Source: Chrysomallon squamiferum
Taxonomy: Eukaryota; Animalia; Mollusca
Direction: 5' to 3'
NCBI GenBank assembly: GCA_012295275.1
Contig: CM022679.1
Coordinates: 12,276,001-12,340,000, forward strand
DNA length: 64,000 bases
The notes under the pieces: model-generated
Databases searched by the model: none
Seen by the model: only the letters and a program-made list of their open reading frames with translations
What the model was told of the DNA's origin: nothing
Part shown: positions 56,884-64,000 of the stretch, piece by piece
How positions within the stretch are numbered: the stretch's first letter is position 1
Layout of the letters: each line of letters opens with the position of its first letter
Made by a program: the position numbers and the translations under genes

Positions 56884-57995
56884 TAAATAAATAAATAATA
56901 ATAAAATAAAATAAATAAATAAATAAATAAATAAATAAAATAAAATAAATTAAAATAAAACTAAATAAATGGTACAAATTCAGTCAAATTTCCAATTTAA
57001 AAACATAAATAAATGCCACTTCAGCATACTTTTTATGAATATTCAATGGATTTCAAATTAAACTTGTGTTTTCATAGAAAAGAACGACATTTCTACTCCT
57101 ACTGGAAAAGATTACTTGATACTGAAAAATCAGAACTGAATATACCATAGCTGTAACCATGGCGACAGAGACACCTAGGCAAGCCTGTGACAGGATCATC
57201 AATGCAGTCAACAGAAGTTCCACAGTCTGTCTGCGAGCAGGTTTTGAGAGGAGACTCGCAGTTACTTCCAGTGAAACCTCTGCTACACAGACAGTGAAAA
57301 CCACCAGCCACTGTGATACAGGTTCCTCCATGTTGACAAGGTGATGACTTACATAAATCTGGAAAATATTTAAAATTTGACAATTAATCTCTTCACAACC
57401 AAGATATGTATTTCTACTTTACGTCAAATGATTCTCAGATATTGTGGTTTGCAAATCAGTGATAAAGCTTCCTTTGGCAACAGTAGACAGATCTGTGAGG
57501 TTAATAAAGATAATTAATTTGCAGCTGTAAAAATTATGAAACATAACTGCAGTGTTGTTGTTTAGAGCAGGAGAAGATAACTACAGTGTCATTCTTTAAA
57601 GGGAGGTAACTGTTTAATGTTATGCTGTAACATGTAATATAACTATCTTTTATTCAATGTCTATTGTAAAATAAAATTCTTTATAAAATTTGTAGTCTTG
57701 TAGAATGTCTGAAAAGAAACTGGGGATGTCTGAAGAAGATAAGGAATCATGGAAGTGATGATTAAATAATGTATGGCTGTCACTGTACTAGACTGATATG
57801 AATGTGAAGATGTGATTTACTGGGAAGATAAAAGGGAAGTCAAAATATGAAGGTACTGAAGAGAAGTAAAGGTCCCTTCTTAAAATTATCTACCATTCAC
57901 AACTATAAATTATGAACATTTTTAACTTTTATGAGCCAGATATAAATATTCTACAAATATTATTATAAAAACCAATGTGTATATATATGCATGTA

Positions 57996-58036
<41 letters not shown>

Positions 58037-58587
58037 ATGTGATTTGATGAGCATGATGAAAAATGGAATACACACCAATCTGTGTCTGACAGAGAATGCC
58101 TGTGAACTGTGGAGGACAATAACATTTACTCCAGTATTCATTGACAAGTTTACAAGTTCCTCCATTAAAACAAGGATACTCTTCACACACAGACTGTGTC
58201 CTGTTGTCACATCTGAAGATTTAATTATTACAGGATTTCTATTAGTCAAACATACAGATTTACACTCAATAAATAATTATCTGTCATGATATCATATAGA
58301 AGTTATAAGAGGCAATTTTGCCATAAGTAATTTTGTTTTATGTTGTCACATTAGTCACTTAATTACTCATATGCTGATCTTAGTATAACATAAACAAAAT
58401 GCCATAATATGCCTTCCTATTTTGAGTAATTTTCAATTTTCAGGATATAGTTTGCATATCTACAATATGTAGTTTTATAAAATGTATTTTGCATTTAATG
58501 CTTTAGCATTTTATGAAAAATGTTGTACAAATGCTTTAAATTAAATCTTTTTAAACATATTTATTATTTTCTCTGACTTTCTTTATT

Positions 58588-58673
<86 letters not shown>

Positions 58674-61600
58674 GTATAATACCTTTGTCCAGTGTGCAGA
58701 GAATCACATGTACAGCTGAACCCATTCAGATGATCGATGCAGACTCCATGTTCTCCACATACACCAGGTGTACAGTCACTCAGGTTGATCTCACACCTGG
58801 AACCATTTGTGCCTGGAGAGGTAAAATTTAAAATTTCATCATTTTTAATTTCTAACCATTCTTTAAATCTTTGGTCTTCATGATCTTGGTTTTCCATTAC
58901 AGCCAAGAAGTACATAATTTTCCTCAATATAATTAATAATGCATTTTCCAGTACATTATTTTTACTGATATAATTATAATATCTTTTAAATAAAAATTGT
59001 ATTAAAATTATACATTTGTAATATACTTTATTAGACATACATAGGCAGATTATGATAATGAGTATATTTTTATCTGATCCTTATAAAGAAATTAATTCTG
59101 ATAATTAATATTGTGCATATGAAGATATTAGTTATTTTATAAGTGAAAATTAGATTATATAAGTATATGCTTAATAATAGGAATAGAAGTATGTGTATTC
59201 ACAAAATATCACAAGATATAACACTCTGAAAAATATTCTTTGTTTAAAGTTGTTTCAAATGTTGACACAATAATACATGAAATTCATTAGTACCTTACTG
59301 AATCTTAATAAAGTTTCAACAGTCATATAATTATGTTCCTCTACAACAGAGTAATAAATAACAACAAAAAAATTAAACAACAGTTAATATAGTGCTGTAA
59401 TACAACCTAAGTATGTCAGTGATTATTAAAGGTGTGTCTGATATTAATGAATTACCTGTAGGACATTTACAAGAGTAGCCTGACAAACTGTTTGTACATG
59501 AACCTCCATAGTAACATGGCTGAGAAACACAGTGGTCAATCTGAGATTCACAGTACTGACCAGTGAAACCTGAAATGTTATATATATACATACATACATA
59601 AACAGATACCTTTATATATATATATATATAAACTTACGTAACACATATATGAAATATTATACATAGAATCTAATAATAAAATATAACAATAAAATTATAG
59701 TTATCTCTAAGAACAGAAAATAGATTTAAAATATTTTTTAGAAAGAAGAAAAAAATATTTTATAATTAAAAACATTATAAATTAGCTTTGGTAGTAATCT
59801 TAGATAAAATAAAATTTGAAAGAAAGGTAGGTAGATGAAACAAACAGTGAGTATATAAATGTATACATATAAATAAATAATTAATTCAGTAAATTCATAT
59901 TTATTACCATTTTGACAGCTGCATACTTCTAAATTGTTATTAATTAAACATGCTCCTCCATTTTTACAGGGACCAGGTGAACAAAGTGATTTACCTGTGT
60001 GAAAGAAATATATATTAAATTTGCCAGTCTGTACAATAATAATGTAATGATAATAATTATGATTTATTATTATGATGATGATGATGATGATGATGACAAT
60101 ATTATTATTAGTAGTAGTAAAAATAAAAAATAATAAAATAATAATCATAAAGGAGGAAGATAAAGGTGATAAATGATGATGATAATGATGATGATAATGG
60201 TAAACTAAATAAAATTTAAAATAATTCACTAAAAAATTATTTGAAATATGATATCTTTGAAATTCAATAAATCAAACCACATTCTTGACAACTAATTTTG
60301 AAAATTTAAAAGTTAAATAAATTAATCTGACTCAGTACTTCAACGTGACACAAACTACAGGTCTGACATAAGGAAGATAAATAAAACAAAACTGTTAGTT
60401 GACCTAGAATCAGCTAAACTGATTAACATGACTCAAATTCTAGAACAGTATCTTAAACAGAACTGAAAAACTGAAATAATTAAATAACATGACTCAGATT
60501 ACAAAACAGAATTGAGAAAGATATGACAAAAAAAACTCTTCATCTGATGAAAACAACTAAATAAACCCTAAAATAAAGAACCAACAAAACTAAATATCTG
60601 AAAAACTGAATTAACACAGACTACAAATAAGAAAGATAAACATACAGCTGCTGGCTAGGACATTTCCTTGTCCATTGTTGTAAGTCCCAGCTGGACATGG
60701 AGTACAAGAGGTTTCACCAGAGTTTGGGTTAAAGTGGCTTTCTGCACACAGACTGCACTTGTTAGCTGTTATGTTGTAATATGTTCCTGGTGGACACTTT
60801 ACTGTAAAACAATATATATTTTGAAAGTGAAGTGCTGTTATTTTTTATTATATGCAGATGTATGTTTACATGATGTCTATAAACAATTACTGTGAAGGTT
60901 TGTATAGATACATGTTTGAAATGGTGTGTGTTTGTACACAAGAACATAATTTCTATTATACACACAAACCTGCACACACACATATAGACATACTTATATA
61001 ATACTCACATGCATAGATATCTTTAAGTATCTATACATGTCAAACATAGACAAGCTCCTATATGTCCACAAAACTACTGAAAACAAATAAATGCACACAT
61101 ATATACCCACATACATATATCTGCAAAAATAAATATAAAAACACTCCCAAAACTGCAATAAAGTGTGATACTTTTTTATACTTATTTCAAGAAATCTTTA
61201 TATATATATCTATATTTTATTTCACACACCTTTTATAAAACTAAACACTCAAAAAAAGTTTTAAACTTTATCTTCTAATTCTGTAACATCAACATCCTTT
61301 AATATTTAGCAAAACATTTGCCTAATAGTAATGTCTTACCACAAACGTTAGCAGTGTGTTTAAACCTTTGGCTGGACTGACATTTCACAATGCCAAAGAC
61401 GTGTGATGTTGACATATTTACTGAAGGACAGTTTGATAATGTCACACTGGAAAGTTGTGTCACTTGGGAGGTTGTGGGAGTCTTGAATTCATCAATGATT
61501 TTTTTAGCACACAGTGAATATTCAGAATAAGGGAGTCCAAAGGGGTCCATACCAATGGAAAATGAAATGGTCATCTGAAAAGAAAGATAGAAATAAATGT

Positions 61601-62077
61601 TAAAAGGATGACAAATTGTTTGTATTATTCAACAGATTAAGTGTCATTGATCCTTTATTTAGCTTTTAAATGTTATGGTTTTATCAGCAGAAGATTTTTG
61701 TACTGAGTATTATCTTAGAGAAAGTGTTTGCAAACATACATATGCATACAACAGTATATAAAAAAATCTCTATATCTATCTATCTCTCTTTCTCTCTCAC
61801 ACACACACCACTGTATGCATATTCATATTTATATACACACACACACACACACACTATCCACACTTGTATGCACAAACATTCTCTCTCTCTCTCTCTACTT
61901 ATCTCTCAAAAATGCATATGAGTATGCATATTCATACACACACACACACACATTGTTATACATATATTATGTCATACATTTTCTCTATTTGTTTATCTAC
62001 CTAATTCTATCTATCTATCTTGCTCTCAAACACACACACCACTGTAGGCACATTCATATTTACATACACACACCCAA

Positions 62078-62109
<32 letters not shown>

Positions 62110-64000
62110 ACACAGACACATACAAACACACACACACACACATATTCTCTACATCATCTACCTGATCTTGAGCTGAGCTGTCAACCACACTTGACATCGG
62201 CACATAGACACTGTCTGTGTTGTTTACACACAGTGCAGTCAGTGTTGTGTTTAGTCCAGACAGAAGTGTTGACACTCTAGACTTCAAGACTTGCTGACAG
62301 TCTGTGGATAACCCTGCAGTTCCATACTTTAGAGACACATCAAGAGTTAAGCCAACTGGTCCTGTAGCTGTTGATAGAAAAAATAAAATGAAACATTTTT
62401 GAAAATTAAAAGTCGCCATGAAGAGCATATGCCATTATTAAGGTATAAATAAGTGATATGGAGCTAGTCCATCAAATACTATGGAGATTAATATCTATTT
62501 ATTTATTACTGGTAGTGTCATCCTCAAATAGGAAAATAACACTCCAACCTGTCAAGAAGCATTGATTGGAATGGGAAATAATCTTGTAGATTCATTAAGG
62601 AGATTTAGGTGATTTATTGTAACTTTGGTGACTTCTGCACACTTTATAATTATGAAATATTGGCAAACAAAACAGTTACAGCAGAAATTTGGTTTAGTTT
62701 TACTGAAAGGGTTATGGGTTATCTGTTATTGTCGTGGTTTAGTGTTATGGGGAAAATTAAGCATTTGCTTCAGAGATAAAGGAATTCATTCATCAATTCT
62801 GTCAAATCAAGATCAATTAAATCAAGGTGCACTGTAAATTTAAAAACTTACAGAAGTAGTTTATGCTATTTACCATTGTCACAAATATCACACAAGAACA
62901 CACTCATATGCATACACACACACACACACACACACACACTCATGCACACATACTCACACACCTTCACATAAACACAAACATCCGTATATATTATAAATAC
63001 ATTTGATAGAAAATATGAATAATAAAAAAAATATAACATTAAAGACATAGTATTTACTATAACATACACACACAAACACATGCACACATATCTGTATGTA
63101 TCATGTGAAAAATAAAAAATATATTCTAACCAGCACATGAAGGAACATATGGCTCTGTCCACTTTTCACCATTGTTGCATTCTGTGACAAAGCTACCATT
63201 AGTGTAGTCATCATAGAAATAAAATCCAGATCTGCATGAGAACTGACAAATGTAGCCAGAGTTACCTGCCTTGGCTGTACATGACTTAACAGTGTTTAGT
63301 GAATCAGGCAGGGAACTAGGATGACAAGATTTAGCTGAAAGTGAAATTTAATAGTTGTGAATGACTATGTTAATCTCATTGATTCATTCTTTTTACACTG
63401 CAGTGTCTTAACAAATGCACAATGTATATATATATAAAGTGAAAGCAAAAGGAGATTGCTAACAGAGATACATAAAGAAACCAAACGGACATGCACATAC
63501 AACACACACACATATTTGTGTGTATATATAGAAAAATAGATGGATAGATGGATAAATAGATGGATAGATAAATAGATATATAGCTAGATAGCTAGCTAGC
63601 TAGCTAGATAGATAGATAGAAATAGGTAGGTAGATAGATAGGTAAGTAGGCAGATAGGTACATAGATAGATTGATAGGTAGGTAGGTAGATACAGATAGC
63701 TAGATAGATACATAGATAGGTAGATAGATAAATAGGTAGGTAGATAGATAGATAGACAGACAGAAAGATAGAGAGACAGATTACATAGAGAGATAGGTAC
63801 ACAATGATTCAATACCTTTAACAATGATTCTGAAAGAGCAGGATGCAGTATTTTCTCTGTCATCAACACCAAAGGCTTTAACTTCTATTTCTTGTCCAAT
63901 ATCACTCGTGCCAATGTTGACTGATGAAGGGACAAAAGTAACACTGACATTTCCAGTGGTCTGAAGAACTTGGACATCCTGTCCAGGGAGGAAGGTGTAT
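34573..64000 (-). CDS. Uninflatable/SVEP1-like giant type I membrane protein (HYR, sushi, EGF, PAN, WxxW, pentraxin/LamG, GCC2_GCC3 repeats, TM); 5' part outside window
   Basis: 44 GT-AG exons join in phase. In transcript order: 63816->64000, 63131-63334, 62162-62367, 61340-61574, 60646-60801, 59908-59994, 59456-59569, 58683-58812, 58076-58212, 57146-57358, 56536-56784, 56025-56107, 55322-55490, 54446-54685, 53963-54096, 53347-53540, 52572-52702, 51961-52080, 51515-51655, 50967-51135, 50269-50508, 49608-49894, 48954-49085, 47626-47841, 46803-47028, 46250-46337, 45753-45849, 45045-45206, 44555-44716, 43730-43891, 43012-43180 (frameshifted), 42305-42472, 41703-41858, 40795-40965, 40320-40478, 39838-39996, 39337-39501, 38409-38573, 37872-38036, 36939-37100, 36499-36618, 35960-36073, 35445-35550, 34573-34747 (TAA at 34573-34575). 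Domain order EGF array-LamG-HYR-CCP-insert-GCC-EGF-TM resembles the C-terminal half of Drosophila Uif; orthology untested. Confidence 0.9.
35960..36618 (-). CDS. Two membrane-proximal EGF exons
   Basis: [32 protein letters not shown]; [34 protein letters not shown]. Confidence 0.85.
36939..45206 (-). CDS. Thirteen one-exon-per-repeat GCC2_GCC3 (Ephrin_rec_like) repeats
   Basis: Each is a 156-171 nt phase 1-1 exon with the pattern C..G......C..CP.G.YQ......C..CP...TT...G......C. Confidence 0.9.
45753..49085 (-). CDS. Half HYR, sushi and second alpha/beta insert exons
   Basis: [13 protein letters not shown]...[10 protein letters not shown]...SNYRS (48954-49085); FCPDLNQP...VCDITCP...FTCGPSGDW...YPSC (47626-47841); insert exons 46803-47028, 46250-46337 and 45753-45849. 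Confidence 0.8.
49608..51135 (-). CDS. Pentraxin/laminin-G domain, three exons
   Basis: YDLCF...FSISVWFKY...GTFLTVY / [25 protein letters not shown] / LSLGSYQ...[11 protein letters not shown]. Confidence 0.85.
51515..54685 (-). CDS. Six exons encoding eight EGF/EGF-Ca repeats
   Basis: e.g. [79 protein letters not shown]. Confidence 0.9.
52333..52400 (+). repeat. Dispersed intronic repeat, copy 1 (copy 2 at ~57563-57625)
   Basis: AGAGCAGG(GG/AG)AA(G)ATAACT(G/A)CAGTGTCATT...TTAAAGGGAGGTAACTGT shared by both copies. Confidence 0.65.
54241..54310 (+). mobile_element. Second degenerate SINE core fragment
   Basis: AAAGGCCATGATGTG...ATGGGAAGGTGTATATAAAAAGATTCCTTTTTGCTAA aligns by eye to the 13246-13322 fragment. 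Confidence 0.4.
55322..56107 (-). CDS. Mucin2_WxxW (CysD-like) domain, two exons
   Basis: [11 protein letters not shown]...DLE...[13 protein letters not shown]...CSLEGLNC...[10 protein letters not shown] matches the WxxW/CysD pattern. Confidence 0.85.
56536..56784 (-). CDS. PAN/apple-like domain exon
   Basis: CQYSIQTNT...VKDCIQH...[16 protein letters not shown]...HIYTKHC fits PAN spacing; phase 1-1 exon. Confidence 0.65.
57146..59994 (-). CDS. Five exons encoding six Notch-type EGF repeats
   Basis: e.g. [86 protein letters not shown]. Confidence 0.9.
60646..63334 (-). CDS. Exons: sushi/CCP, ~150-aa alpha/beta insert (SEA-like?), one GCC2_GCC3 repeat
   Basis: SCHPSSLPD...[11 protein letters not shown]...[16 protein letters not shown] (63131-63334); insert exons 62162-62367 and 61340-61574; [41 protein letters not shown] (60646-60801). 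Confidence 0.85.
63535..63780. repeat. Degenerate (TAGA/TAGG)n tetranucleotide tract
   Basis: Directly visible. Confidence 0.9.
63816..64000 (-). CDS. Exon encoding the C-terminal part of a HYR-like domain (runs off window)
   Basis: [61 protein letters not shown], with the D..N.A.C.F.I.V motif typical of HYR; donor AAG|gtattg. Confidence 0.8.

Noticed and set aside
51515-59994. Calling the EGF gene Notch, crumbs or fibropellin
   Set aside because: No LNR or ankyrin repeats, no ERLI tail and no avidin domain; HYR, sushi and GCC content point to the Uif/SVEP1-like class. No gene symbol assigned.

Overview
AT-rich, microsatellite-dense invertebrate genomic DNA (lophotrochozoan or mollusc-like, inferred from intron style and SINE-like fragments). 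All splicing and translation below was done by hand. There are three minus-strand protein genes and one tRNA. (1) From 64000 down to 34573 lie the 3' 44 exons (~2400 aa, start outside the window) of a giant single-pass uninflatable/SVEP1-like protein: HYR, sushi, GCC2_GCC3, EGF x14 interrupted by PAN and WxxW, pentraxin/LamG, half-HYR, sushi, GCC2_GCC3 x13, EGF x2, TM and tail. One duplicated GCC exon carries a +1 frameshift. (2) tRNA-Thr(TGT) at 32038-32110 sits where CpG-normal DNA switches to CpG-depleted DNA. (3) A 6-exon, 236-aa orphan gene (26561->11936), mostly missed by the ORF track, encodes a signal peptide, a ~6-residue ectodomain, a TM helix, a polybasic stretch and a tyrosine-motif tail. 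This is the architecture of a transmembrane signalling adaptor, and ETS/IRF and RUNX-type motifs lie nearby. It is the best candidate for something undescribed. (4) The signal-peptide first exon (5495->5441) of a gene that continues off the left edge. Most ORF-track entries are microsatellite artefacts.
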